A stretch of DNA of 32,000 nucleotides from Candidatus Saccharimonadota bacterium (GCA_016432445.1 CP066689.1:690001-722000), one strand, 5' to 3'. Positions 16,369 to 25,668 are shown, counted from the stretch's first letter. Numbers and translations: made by a program. The notes: generated from the sequence alone by a model not told the origin.

Positions 16369-16824
16369 ATGGTAGATTATAAAAAATTAAAACAAATCCG
16401 TGAAGAAACCGGCGTTTCTTTTTCATTGTGCAAAAAAGCTCTTGAGGAAACTAAAAACAATATTGAAGCATCCAAGAAAAAACTATCAGAGTGGGGAGCT
16501 GAAAAAATAGTAGAAAAAGCTGCTCGTTCAACCTCACAAGGTGCAATTTTTTGTTATGTTCATCACAATAAAAAGATTGCTTCTCTTATTGAACTTCAAT
16601 GTGAAACAGATTTTGTAGCCCGTAATAATGATTTCCTAAAGTTAGGACAAGAATTAGCTATGCAGGCCAGCTGCATGCCAGCAACAGGTGTTGAGTCTTT
16701 TCTTTTGCAGGAATATATAAGAGATCCTGGAAAAAAAGTCTGTGATTTGCTAAAAGAAGCTATCTTTAAATTCGGAGAAAATATTAAAATTGCCCGCCTG
16801 GCAAGATGGGAACTGGGCAGATAA
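16369..16824 (+). CDS. tsf: elongation factor Ts (short form)
   Basis: 151 aa. N-terminal UBA-like LKQIREETGVSFSLCKKALEE, then ELQCETDFVARN. Confidence 0.85.
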   Translation: MVDYKKLKQIREETGVSFSLCKKALEETKNNIEASKKKLSEWGAEKIVEKAARSTSQGAIFCYVHHNKKIASLIELQCETDFVARNNDFLKLGQELAMQASCMPATGVESFLLQEYIRDPGKKVCDLLKEAIFKFGENIKIARLARWELGR

Positions 16825-16834
16825 AAAGTCACAT

Positions 16835-17395
16835 ATGGATTCAGTTATCAATGAATTTAAAAATCAAACCCAAAAGATAATTGAACATCTTAAAGAAGAG
16901 TTGAAAAGTATCCGTACCGGCCGAGCAAACCCTGCCATACTTGAAAGTATTATTGTTGAGACATACGGCGGTCAAACTAAGTTAAAACTGATGGAGTTAT
17001 CACAAATAACCGTCGATGATCCGACACTTCTTAAAGTTTCTCCTTATGATCCTTCAACTATTCAGGATATAGAAAAAGCAATATTAAGATCACCTTTAGG
17101 TTTTAACCCTCAGATGCAAGGAACAAAAATAATGGTCAGAGTTCCTGCTTTATCTGAAGAACAAAGATTAAAACTGGTCAAAGTAATCAATCATAAAGTT
17201 GAGGAAAAAAAGACTATAATTAGAAACTTAAGGGATGATGCCCGAAAGAAAATCAAAAAATTACTGGAAGAAAAAATTATTTCAGAAGACCAAAAATATC
17301 GACTGGAAAAAGATATAGACTCAGTTACACAAAATTTAATGTCTGCAATGCAGGAAATAAAAGATCGCAAAGAACAAGACGTGATGGAAGTATAA
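16835..17395 (+). CDS. frr: ribosome recycling factor
   Basis: The ATG at 16835 (MDSVINEFKNQ...) is preferred to the track start at 16790, which overlaps tsf. Contains LKSIRTGRANPAILE and VRVPALSEEQR. Confidence 0.85.
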   Translation: MDSVINEFKNQTQKIIEHLKEELKSIRTGRANPAILESIIVETYGGQTKLKLMELSQITVDDPTLLKVSPYDPSTIQDIEKAILRSPLGFNPQMQGTKIMVRVPALSEEQRLKLVKVINHKVEEKKTIIRNLRDDARKKIKKLLEEKIISEDQKYRLEKDIDSVTQNLMSAMQEIKDRKEQDVMEV

Positions 17396-17500
17396 ATAAA
17401 TCCAAATGTCAAATTACAAATGTCAAATATTTTTAGAATTTAAGATTTTGGATTTGATTTGTCATTTGAAATTAGGATTTTGATTTTTCGGTTTTTAAAC
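17396..17500. repeat. phased heptamer hairpin spacer, CAAAT family
   Basis: TCCAAAT GTCAAAT TACAAAT GTCAAAT ... GGATTTG ATTTGTC ATTTGAA. Related copies are at 24826-24915 and 28351-28416. Confidence 0.8.
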
Positions 17501-17501
17501 T

Positions 17502-18581
17502 ATGTCAATCTTAATATTCCTCATTATCTTAGTAGTATTAGTAGTCGTTCATGAACTTGGCCATTTTATTGCCGCCAAAAAAAATGGTGTCCTGGTTGAG
17601 GAATTTGGATTTGGACTACCTCCACGCCTTTTCGGCATTAAAATTGGAGAAACTCTTTATAGCCTTAATCTTCTTCCAATTGGAGGTTTTGTTAAGCTTT
17701 ACGGGGAAGAATATAGCGAACTTAAAGAAAAAAAACCCTCTGAAAAAAATAAAAATAGAGCTTTTTCTTTTAAAAAACCTTGGCAAAAAGCTCTTATTGT
17801 TGTCGCCGGAATTACCGGTAATTTTATTTTAGGATGGGTTTTGATATCTTTCTTATTTACTCAAGGCATACCCATGCCTGAAAAAACAGTTGTTGAAAAA
17901 GTTCAGTCTAATACTCCAGCTGAAAAAGCAGGACTAAAGCCAAAAGACGCAATCATAAAAGTTGTCAAAGATAATAAAACTTACATCATTAATTCCTCCC
18001 CAAATACAGATATGGGTACTATCGCCAACAGATTTGCCGGAGAAAATATTACTATGATTGTTAAGAGAGATAATAAAGAAATTAATCTTTCAATTACTCC
18101 TCGCAAAAATCCTCCTCAAGGGCAAGGTCCTTTAGGTATCACCTTATCTACAAACTTTAAGGTTGTAAAATATCCTTGGTATCAAGCCCCATTTCATGGC
18201 TTAAATTATGCTGTATCAACAACAAAACTAATAATAACAGAGCTCACTAGAATCTCAGTCCAGTTTGTAACTTTTCAAAAACCTAAAGTAGATGTAGCCG
18301 GCCCGGTGGGAATAGCCCGCTACGCTAAGGAAGCTCAAAAACAAGGAATGAATGCTTTAATTGAGTTAACTGCTTTATTATCATTAAATTTAGCGGTTAT
18401 TAACATTCTCCCATTTCCTGCGCTTGACGGAGGCAGATTAGTATTTATACTCTATGAATGGATTACGAAAAAAAGAGTCAATCAAAAGTTTGAACGCAGT
18501 CTCAATTTTATCGGAATTATTTTATTATTAACTTTAGCCGCTATTATCACTGTAAATGATATACTAAAAATTTATCGATAA
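17502..18581 (+). CDS. rseP: RIP (site-2) zinc metalloprotease RseP, M50 family with PDZ domain
   Basis: 359 aa. HELGHFIAAK (HExxH), a central PDZ-like region and C-terminal NILPFPALDGGR. Confidence 0.85.
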   Translation: MSILIFLIILVVLVVVHELGHFIAAKKNGVLVEEFGFGLPPRLFGIKIGETLYSLNLLPIGGFVKLYGEEYSELKEKKPSEKNKNRAFSFKKPWQKALIVVAGITGNFILGWVLISFLFTQGIPMPEKTVVEKVQSNTPAEKAGLKPKDAIIKVVKDNKTYIINSSPNTDMGTIANRFAGENITMIVKRDNKEINLSITPRKNPPQGQGPLGITLSTNFKVVKYPWYQAPFHGLNYAVSTTKLIITELTRISVQFVTFQKPKVDVAGPVGIARYAKEAQKQGMNALIELTALLSLNLAVINILPFPALDGGRLVFILYEWITKKRVNQKFERSLNFIGIILLLTLAAIITVNDILKIYR

Positions 18582-18587
18582 ATTTTC

Positions 18588-19142
18588 ATGGGATTAAAAT
18601 TTCAAAATATTACTATATCAGGCGGAGTTGGCGTTGGGACAACTACCCTGCTTAATCACTTAAAACCCTATCTTAAACCAGAAGGTTGGAAATTTAAATC
18701 AGCAGGCCAAATTATAAGAGAATATATGCGTGAAAAAATAATGCCTGTTGCAACCTTGGTGACTGATGAGTACGATCGCCAGATTGAGGCAGAAACAAAA
18801 AAACTTCTTCAAGATGATAAACACTGGATCATTGAAGCTTGGCTGGCTGGATTTGTTGCACGAGAATTTAAGGATACTTTAAGAATACTTCTTATTTGTT
18901 CAAGTGAGGCTATAAGGATTGACCGCGTTGTGAATCGAGATGGCGTCTCAGTTGAAGACGCAAAAAAAAACATTAAGATGAGGGAAGAAGAAAATTTTAA
19001 AAAATGGAAAAAAATTTACGGAGATTATGATTTTTTTGACCTTAAGTATTACAATCTTGTCATAGACACCTACTCCCGAGGTCCAATGGAAACTCTAGGT
19101 ATTGTATTAGATAAACTCGGCTATAAAACATCTACTCCTTAG
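18588..19142 (+). CDS. cytidylate kinase-like P-loop nucleotide kinase
   Basis: 184 aa. P-loop ISGGVGVGTTT and a lid-like RIDRVVNRDG...REEEN. Confidence 0.5.
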   Translation: MGLKFQNITISGGVGVGTTTLLNHLKPYLKPEGWKFKSAGQIIREYMREKIMPVATLVTDEYDRQIEAETKKLLQDDKHWIIEAWLAGFVAREFKDTLRILLICSSEAIRIDRVVNRDGVSVEDAKKNIKMREEENFKKWKKIYGDYDFFDLKYYNLVIDTYSRGPMETLGIVLDKLGYKTSTP

Positions 19143-19158
19143 AGTATACTATTTTGGT

Positions 19159-20865
19159 ATGAGATACTCTAAGTTGTTTGGTAAAACAGTTAAAACAGTT
19201 CCTCAAGATATCGCATTTTCATCTCATAAACTTCTTTATAAAGCTGGATTTATCCGCGAAAGTACTGCCGGACGCTATTATCTTTTGCCTTTAGGAATGA
19301 AAGTTCATCAAAAAATACAGCAAATTATTAAGGAAGAAATGGATAAATCAGGAGCACAGGAAATGATTGCTCCTATTCTTCACCCTATTGAACTTTGGAA
19401 AGAAACCAATAGAACTAACTCTGTGGGATTTGAGCTCATGAGTGTTAAAGACCGCAATGAAGCTGAGTTTGTCTTGGGCGGCACTGCCGAAGAGATGCTG
19501 GTTGACTTGGTACGAAAATTTCAGATAAGTTACCGTGATCTTCCCTTTCATCTTTACCAATTCTCTACAAAATTTAGAGATGAGTTTCGCGCAAGAGGCG
19601 GGCTGTTAAGAGCTCGTGAGTTTGTTATGAAAGACGGCTATTCTTTTCATGACTCAGAGGTAGATTTTAAAAAAGAGTATCAAAAAATGAAAGATGTTTA
19701 TAAAAATATTTTTGAGCGTTTAGGTCTTAAAACAGCTATAGTTGAGTCAGATAACGGCTACATCGGCGGAGAATACTGCCATGAATTTATTGTTGAAAGC
19801 CCGATAGGGGAGAGTAAATACTTAGTAACTGAAGACGGAAGTTATGCCGCCCATGAAGATGTGGCCAAATTCAAACGCGATGAAAAGAATTTGGACGAGT
19901 CCGAAAAAGATATGGAAGAAGTTGAGGCCGTACGGGGTAAAACTATGGAAGAGGGCGTAAAACTTCATGGAAAACCCCTTTGGCAACAAATTAAAGATGT
20001 TTTATTTGTTGACGAAAAAGGCAGATTTATACTGGCAATAATCCGGGGAGATTATGATGTTAATGAAGTTAAGTTAATGCATTTAATTAAAGCTTACCGT
20101 CTCCGTCACGCCACCGGGGAAGAAATCAAAGATAAAATTCATTCAGAGCCAGGTTTTATCTCACCGGTTGGCATTAAGGAAATTATTGATTCTTCCATTG
20201 AACTGGTTATTGCCGCTGACGAGTCGCTTTTGACTGTCAAGAATGCCTATGGAGGCGCCAACAAAAAAAATCGTGATCTTTTTAATATGAATATCAACAG
20301 AGACTATAAACCGGATATTATTGGAGATATTGCTTTAGCCAAAGCTGGTTACGCAACTGACGGCAGAAAGAAACTCATTGAAAAAAGGGGAATTGAAGTT
20401 GGCAACATTTTTCAGCTTGGATTCCATTATTCATCAAAAATGCATGATGCTTGTCTTACAGCAGATGATGGGTCAAAAAAGCCTTTCTATATGGGCTGTT
20501 ACGGTATCGGTTTAGGCCGGACATTAGCGACAGTCGTTGAGGTTTTTCACGATGAAAGAGGAATTATATGGCCAAAAAATACTTCACCTTACCAAATTCA
20601 TCTTATTGGTCTTGATCTTAAAGATGAAACAGTTAAAAAACGCGCCAATGAAGTCTACGAACTACTAACTACGAACCACAAACTCGATGTTTTATTTGAT
20701 GATCGTGAAGCTATCTCGGCTGGAACTAAATTTACCGACTGTGATTTAATTGGTATTCCAGTTCGTCTTGTTATATCCAAAAAAACCGGCGACAAAATTG
20801 AATATAAAGAGCGACAATCAAAAGAAAGTTCATTATTATTAGAAGAAGTATTATCTAAGATCTAA
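19159..20865 (+). CDS. proS: proline--tRNA ligase
   Basis: 568 aa. Class II motifs (FRDEFRARGGLLRAREFVMKD, GCYGIGLGR) and a typical ProRS N-terminus. Confidence 0.9.
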   Translation: MRYSKLFGKTVKTVPQDIAFSSHKLLYKAGFIRESTAGRYYLLPLGMKVHQKIQQIIKEEMDKSGAQEMIAPILHPIELWKETNRTNSVGFELMSVKDRNEAEFVLGGTAEEMLVDLVRKFQISYRDLPFHLYQFSTKFRDEFRARGGLLRAREFVMKDGYSFHDSEVDFKKEYQKMKDVYKNIFERLGLKTAIVESDNGYIGGEYCHEFIVESPIGESKYLVTEDGSYAAHEDVAKFKRDEKNLDESEKDMEEVEAVRGKTMEEGVKLHGKPLWQQIKDVLFVDEKGRFILAIIRGDYDVNEVKLMHLIKAYRLRHATGEEIKDKIHSEPGFISPVGIKEIIDSSIELVIAADESLLTVKNAYGGANKKNRDLFNMNINRDYKPDIIGDIALAKAGYATDGRKKLIEKRGIEVGNIFQLGFHYSSKMHDACLTADDGSKKPFYMGCYGIGLGRTLATVVEVFHDERGIIWPKNTSPYQIHLIGLDLKDETVKKRANEVYELLTTNHKLDVLFDDREAISAGTKFTDCDLIGIPVRLVISKKTGDKIEYKERQSKESSLLLEEVLSKI

Positions 20866-20887
20866 GATCAAATATCGAACATCTAAT

Positions 20888-21721
20888 ATGAAAACACTTG
20901 TCACTCATTTTCATCCTGACTTAGATTCTCTAACATCTTGCTGGCTGATAAAGCGTTTTTACCCAGGGTGGGAAGATGCTGAGATTGTATTTGTGGATGC
21001 AGGAAAAACTTTAAATGATAATGAGCCTGATACTGACCCAAACATACTTCATATCGATACAGGTTTAGGTCAGTTTGACCATCATCAAACTAATGAATAT
21101 ACATCTGCAACTCAAAGAGTATATTTTTTTCTCTTAAAAAATAAATATTTAAGCGAAGATCTTAATGAACAACTAGAAAGAATTGTTAATCATGTTAATG
21201 ACGTTGATCATTTCGCCGAAGTTTACTATCCTAATCCGACATCAGACATTTATGATTTCAACCTAAGCCAGATAATTGAAGGATTAAATGCAACTTTAAA
21301 AAGCGCTCATAAAGTAATGGATCATGGATTTATTACCTTAGATGCCATTTTACAGCTTTTTAAAAATAAAATCGCAGCTGAAAAGGCTATAAAAGAAGGC
21401 TATGTTTTTGAGTCAAAATGGGGAAAAACCTTGGCCATGGAAACAAAAAATGAAGAGTCTATGAAGCTAGCGTTAAAAACATACTATAAAGTAGTTATCC
21501 GAAAAGATCCGGAAAAGGGAAATCTCCGCATCAAGACTCTCCCGCAAAAAGAACTAGATCTCACCCCTCTTTATCAGATTTTAAAAAAACAAGATCCTAA
21601 AGCTACCTGGTATCTTCACCTATCAAAAAATATGCTCTTAAACGGATCCTCAAAAAGACCTTCATCTGTACCTACCAGTTTGTCTCTCAAAAAAGTCATT
21701 GAAATAATAAAGGAAATTTAA
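20888..21721 (+). CDS. DHH-superfamily phosphoesterase-like protein
   Basis: 277 aa. Motif I HFHPDLDSLTS and motif III FDHHQ. Confidence 0.5.
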   Translation: MKTLVTHFHPDLDSLTSCWLIKRFYPGWEDAEIVFVDAGKTLNDNEPDTDPNILHIDTGLGQFDHHQTNEYTSATQRVYFFLLKNKYLSEDLNEQLERIVNHVNDVDHFAEVYYPNPTSDIYDFNLSQIIEGLNATLKSAHKVMDHGFITLDAILQLFKNKIAAEKAIKEGYVFESKWGKTLAMETKNEESMKLALKTYYKVVIRKDPEKGNLRIKTLPQKELDLTPLYQILKKQDPKATWYLHLSKNMLLNGSSKRPSSVPTSLSLKKVIEIIKEI

Positions 21722-21806
21722 TACAATAACTATTGTATCGTTTTGCGCTTGGCGCAAAACGCATGACGCATTACGCTTAACATTTTTGAAAGGGGGAATC
21801 AAAATT

Positions 21807-21986
21807 ATGGTCGTTATAACTAAAAAAAAAGGCGAGTCTAAAGATGCTCTTTTTAGAAAATTCTCAAAAACATTTATTGAAGAAAATATTGTAGATGAAG
21901 TTAGAAAAAGACAGTTCTACAAAAAACCTTCTTTAGCTAGAAAAGAAAAAGAGAAAGAAAGAGCCCAGCGAAGATACAGAAGATAA
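21807..21986 (+). CDS. rpsU: 30S ribosomal protein S21
   Basis: The ATG at 21807, after the SD AAGGGGG, is preferred to the TTG start at 21786. Sequence MVVITKKKGESKDALFRKFSK...ARKEKEKERAQRRYRR. Confidence 0.8.
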   Translation: MVVITKKKGESKDALFRKFSKTFIEENIVDEVRKRQFYKKPSLARKEKEKERAQRRYRR

Positions 21987-21990
21987 ATAT

Positions 21991-22338
21991 ATGATCAATA
22001 TCATTATTCCTTCACGATATAAACTGAATAAGAAACTGATACGGCAAAGAATTGAATCTTATTTAGAAAAATATTATTTGGAAAAAAATTCTACTATCAA
22101 TATTGTCTTTGTTGGAAAACGAAAAATGAAAGGTATCTCTGCTAATTATAAGCACGAAAATGTGGCTCTTCCTGTACTTGCCTTCCCTTATAAATCATCA
22201 GCGCAAAACGAATATTTGCTTGGTGAAGTATTTATTTGTTATCCTCAAGCAGTTCTTTTGGCAGCAGAACGCAGTAAAAGAGTTGATGAAATGATAGTAT
22301 CTTTAATAGAGCACGGAGTAGATAATTTGTTTAAATAA
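21991..22338 (+). CDS. YbeY-like protein lacking most of the zinc-binding His motif
   Basis: 115 aa. It has a YbeY-like core (VLAFPY...GEVFICYPQ) but ends ...LIEHGVDNLFK, where YbeY normally has HGxLHLxGYDH. Confidence 0.45.
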   Translation: MINIIIPSRYKLNKKLIRQRIESYLEKYYLEKNSTINIVFVGKRKMKGISANYKHENVALPVLAFPYKSSAQNEYLLGEVFICYPQAVLLAAERSKRVDEMIVSLIEHGVDNLFK

Positions 22339-22343
22339 AATTG

Positions 22344-22405
22344 TCATTGCGAACGAAGTGAAGCAATCCCAATAAGATTGCCACGCTCTTCGAGCTCGAA
22401 ATGAC
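22344..22405. repeat. GC-richer palindromic element with GTCATT...AATGAC termini
   Basis: GTCATTGCGAACGAAGTGAAGCAATC ... GATTGCCACGCTCTTCGAGCTCGAAATGAC forms a long imperfect hairpin. The right arm contains the dnaX start codon at 22401. Confidence 0.6.
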
Positions 22406-23465
22406 ATACAATAATGATATGTTCTACCATACCTATAGACCAAAAACTATAAGTGAACTTGATAACGGCCAAGTAAAGGAGAGAGTTACCGCTATACTCG
22501 AAAATAAGACCCTTCCGCACGCCTTTCTTTTCACTGGACAAAAAGGAACAGGCAAGACTTCAACTGCCCGCATTTTTGCCAAAGCGGTAAATTGCCTAAA
22601 AAATACATTTGCTTCCCACGGAAGTTCTGTTGAGCCTTGCAATAAATGCACAAATTGTCTGAGTATTGACTCATCATCTTCTCCTGATGTGGTTGAGCTT
22701 GATGCCGCATCAAATCGAGGGATAGATGAAATAAGATCTCTTATCAGAAACTCTATCTTTTCCCCTATGAATAACCGCTACAGAATTTTTATCATTGATG
22801 AAGCTCATATGATTACTCACGATGCTTTTAATGCTTTGCTTAAAACATTAGAAGAACCTCCTTCCTCGGTAATCTTTATTCTAGCTACTACTAATGAAGA
22901 AAAAGTACCTAAAACCATAAGTTCACGCTGTATTATAATTCCTTTTGGAAAAGCAAGAAAAGACGAGATTAAATCCATGCTCAAAAGAATCGCAGTCAAT
23001 GAAAAAATCACAGTTGATAATGACTTTTTCGATATCATTGCCGCCCATAGCGAAAAATCTTTTAGAGATGCCACTAAATTATTTCAGGAACTTATTATCC
23101 AAAACAGGCTAACTTCTGATAAAGCTAAGGAGTATTTAGGCATTCAATCAAAACAGGATTTAATTCAAATAATTCAGGCCAAACCACTAAAGGAAACCTT
23201 AATCTGGATAAATGAGTACAGTGATACCGGAGGAAACGTCAAAATCCTAATAGAGAATCTTCTTAATGACCTCAGAATGGCCTTGCTTATTAAAAGCGGT
23301 GCCGTAAACAACAGCAGTCAAAAAAATCTCTTATCAATAAACGATATTACACTTTTGATGAAACTTTTGAATGAAGCCTATCAAAATCTGAGATTCTCAC
23401 CGATTGACTCAATTCCTCTTGAGATTGCAGTTGTAGAGTTTTATAATAAAAGAAAAGATTCATGA
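22401..23465 (+). CDS. dnaX: DNA polymerase III subunit gamma/tau (short)
   Basis: 354 aa. Contains FLFTGQKGTGKTSTARIFAKAVNC, a Cys zinc module and IIDEAHMIT. Confidence 0.9.
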   Translation: MTYNNDMFYHTYRPKTISELDNGQVKERVTAILENKTLPHAFLFTGQKGTGKTSTARIFAKAVNCLKNTFASHGSSVEPCNKCTNCLSIDSSSSPDVVELDAASNRGIDEIRSLIRNSIFSPMNNRYRIFIIDEAHMITHDAFNALLKTLEEPPSSVIFILATTNEEKVPKTISSRCIIIPFGKARKDEIKSMLKRIAVNEKITVDNDFFDIIAAHSEKSFRDATKLFQELIIQNRLTSDKAKEYLGIQSKQDLIQIIQAKPLKETLIWINEYSDTGGNVKILIENLLNDLRMALLIKSGAVNNSSQKNLLSINDITLLMKLLNEAYQNLRFSPIDSIPLEIAVVEFYNKRKDS

Positions 23466-23537
23466 TTTACGATTCACGATTTATGAATTATTCATTCTTG
23501 AATCATGAATCTTGTATCGTGAATCATAATAATTACT
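23466..23537. repeat. phased heptamer hairpin spacer (GATTNAN / TGAATCN)
   Basis: GATTCAC GATTTAT GAATTAT TCATTCT TGAATCA TGAATCT TGTATCG TGAATCA TAATAAT. It fills the dnaX-ybaB spacer. Confidence 0.8.
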
Positions 23538-23801
23538 ATGTTTAACCCTCTAAGCGGTTTAGGTGATTTAAAAAAACTTCAGGAACAAGCGCAAGCAATG
23601 CAGAAGGCCCTACAAAAAGAAGAAGTAACAATTGAAAAAAACGGCATTAAGATCGTTATGCGCGGTGATCAGCAGATTATCTCAGTTGAGATTGACGGTA
23701 TTATTGAAAACAGAGTAGCAGATGCAATAAATGATGCTGTTAAAAAAACTCAAGAGCTGGCCGCCAAGAAATTACTTGAGATATCCCAGCAACAACAATA
23801 A
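23538..23801 (+). CDS. ybaB: YbaB/EbfC family nucleoid-associated protein
   Basis: 87 aa. Contains LKKLQEQAQAMQKALQKEEVT...GDQQIISVEID. Lies downstream of dnaX. Confidence 0.85.
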   Translation: MFNPLSGLGDLKKLQEQAQAMQKALQKEEVTIEKNGIKIVMRGDQQIISVEIDGIIENRVADAINDAVKKTQELAAKKLLEISQQQQ

Positions 23802-23886
23802 GGTCGTTATGGGTTATGAGTGATGGGTGATGAGTAATATTAAATGTTTGAACCCATAACCCACAACCCATCACCCAAAACTAATT
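23802..23886. repeat. phased heptamer hairpin spacer (TGNGTNA / ACCCANN)
   Basis: TGGGTTA TGAGTGA TGGGTGA TGAGTAA TATTAAA TGTTTGA ACCCATA ACCCACA ACCCATC ACCCAAA ACTAATT, followed by the prs ATG. Confidence 0.85.
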
Positions 23887-24825
23887 ATGTTAAAACTATT
23901 CTCAGGCACGGGTAATCCTGACTTAAGTCAGGAAGTAGCTCAGCTTCTTAAAATATCTTTATCTGCATCAGAGGTCGTACGATTTGAAAACTCAGAAGTC
24001 AGAGTCAGAATTGAGGAGGATGTCAAAAATGATATCTGTGCCGTAATTCAGCCAATTGCCAATCCTACAGATACTAATTTGATGGAGATGTTCTTATTTT
24101 GCGATGCTTTAAGAAGACAAGAAGCCCATAAAGTGATCGGTATCATACCTTATTTTGGTTATGCCCGTCAAGACATTCAACACAGAGAAGGGGAATGCGT
24201 TTCAATTAGCGTCATCATCAGATTTTTAGAATCCATTGGTTTTAATAAAGTGTATACTTTTGATCTTCATGATGAGGCTACCTCCGGTGTTTTTTCCATC
24301 CCTTTTAAAGACTTAACTTCTCTTAATGTTTTGGCTAATGACGTCAAAAAAACTTTGGGGAAAAGCTTCAACAGAGATTCTGTGGTAGTTGTTTCACCAG
24401 ATCAGGGAGGTATTGAAAGAACAAGAAATTTTGGCAGATTTTTGTATGGTGATGACTATTTCTCAGTCTCGGTAATTGAAAAAAAGAGAGACTTAGCCCA
24501 TATTCATCAAAGCGGAGCCTTAAACCTCTTCGGAGATGTTAAAGATAAGGTAGCCATTTTAGTAGATGATATTATCACTTCTGGTGGAACTTTAATTCAT
24601 GCCGCTAATCTTTGTAAAGAAAAAGGAGCTAAAAAAATATTTGCTGCTATTGTTCATCACGATTTATCAATAAAAGCTCCTCCAAAAATACAAGAATCAG
24701 CTATTGAAAAAGTTTTCACCACTAATACTGTAAAACTAAAACCTGAGTACAATTTTGAAAAGCTTCATGAAGTCTCCATTGCCTCGATTATTGCCGAAGA
24801 ACTAAAAACATTCAAGAATGTCTAA
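23887..24825 (+). CDS. prs: ribose-phosphate pyrophosphokinase
   Basis: 312 aa. Contains YFGYARQD and the PRPP-binding loop VDDIITSGGTL. Confidence 0.9.
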   Translation: MLKLFSGTGNPDLSQEVAQLLKISLSASEVVRFENSEVRVRIEEDVKNDICAVIQPIANPTDTNLMEMFLFCDALRRQEAHKVIGIIPYFGYARQDIQHREGECVSISVIIRFLESIGFNKVYTFDLHDEATSGVFSIPFKDLTSLNVLANDVKKTLGKSFNRDSVVVVSPDQGGIERTRNFGRFLYGDDYFSVSVIEKKRDLAHIHQSGALNLFGDVKDKVAILVDDIITSGGTLIHAANLCKEKGAKKIFAAIVHHDLSIKAPPKIQESAIEKVFTTNTVKLKPEYNFEKLHEVSIASIIAEELKTFKNV

Positions 24826-24915
24826 ATCCAAATTACAAATGTCAAATGTTTTTGTCATTTAGTTTTTGAACTTTGGATTTGATTTGAAATTTGAACTTTG
24901 ACATTTGAATTTAAA
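24826..24915. repeat. phased heptamer hairpin spacer, CAAAT family
   Basis: TCCAAAT TACAAAT GTCAAAT GTTTTTG TCATTTA ... TTTGAAA TTTGAAC TTTGACA TTTGAAT. It lies between the convergent genes prs and recR. Confidence 0.8.
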
Positions 24916-25536
24916 TTAATAATCGTTTCTATTCTCAATGGCCTTTCGTAGTGTCATGTAATCGGCATACTCGAGATTAGCTCCCATAGGCAATCCATAA
25001 CCTAGCCTAGTTATTTTAAAATCAAATCCTGTTTCTTTCTTAATTTCATTTAACTTATTGCGGATGTACATGGCAGTCGCTTCACCTTCCATATCAGGAT
25101 TTGTCGCCAGTATAACTTCTTTAACGTGATTCGCTTTTTTTAGGCGGGCAAAAAGCTGATTAACGTAAATATCTTCAGGCCCTATATGGTTTAATGGGTC
25201 AATTTTTCCATGAAGAACGTGATAAACGCCTTCATAAATTTTTCCGGTCTCAAATGACAAAAGATCAATTACATCTTCAACAACAGTAACTATCTCTTCG
25301 TTCCTTTTGTTGTCCTCACAAATTAAGCAGATCTCGTTTTCTGTAAGATTAAGGCATTTTTTGCAAAGCTTTGTTTTAGATTTAAGATTTACCAGATGCT
25401 CAGCAAAATTTTTAAGATCTGCCTCAGGCAGTCTTAAAAGATAAAAAGCTAAACGGTTAGCTGTTTTTTCTCCTATGCCTGGCAGTCTCTCTAAAAACAA
25501 AGCAATTTGTTTAAGATTTGTCGGCAACCCGTTCAT
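24916..25536 (-). CDS. recR: recombination protein RecR
   Basis: 206 aa. HhH LPGIGEKTANRLAFYLL, zinc finger CKKCLNLTENEICLIC and a Toprim region. Confidence 0.9.
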   Translation of the reverse strand: MNGLPTNLKQIALFLERLPGIGEKTANRLAFYLLRLPEADLKNFAEHLVNLKSKTKLCKKCLNLTENEICLICEDNKRNEEIVTVVEDVIDLLSFETGKIYEGVYHVLHGKIDPLNHIGPEDIYVNQLFARLKKANHVKEVILATNPDMEGEATAMYIRNKLNEIKKETGFDFKITRLGYGLPMGANLEYADYMTLRKAIENRNDY

Positions 25537-25556
25537 AATTAAACTGAAGCGAAAAT

Positions 25557-25636
25557 GTTTGTTTCGAGCAATCGCCAGGATTCCCTTTCAGGATGCGCCT
25601 GCCTGCCGGCAGGCAGGGCGGCGAGAAACAAATATT
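25557..25636. repeat. GC-rich palindromic intergenic element
   Basis: The arms TGTTTGTTTCGAGCAATCGCC and GGCGGCGAGAAACAAATA enclose the near-perfect palindrome GCCTGCCTGCCGGCAGGCAGGGC. Confidence 0.6.
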
Positions 25637-25668
25637 GAGCGAAATAAAAATAATTAATCGACTGATTT

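Noticed and set aside
23538-25536. Broken dnaX-ybaB-recR arrangement (prs inserted, recR inverted) as a sign of rearrangement
   Set aside because: The arrangement is real but unremarkable. Gene order varies widely, and there are no repeat or mobile-element signatures beyond the ubiquitous spacers.
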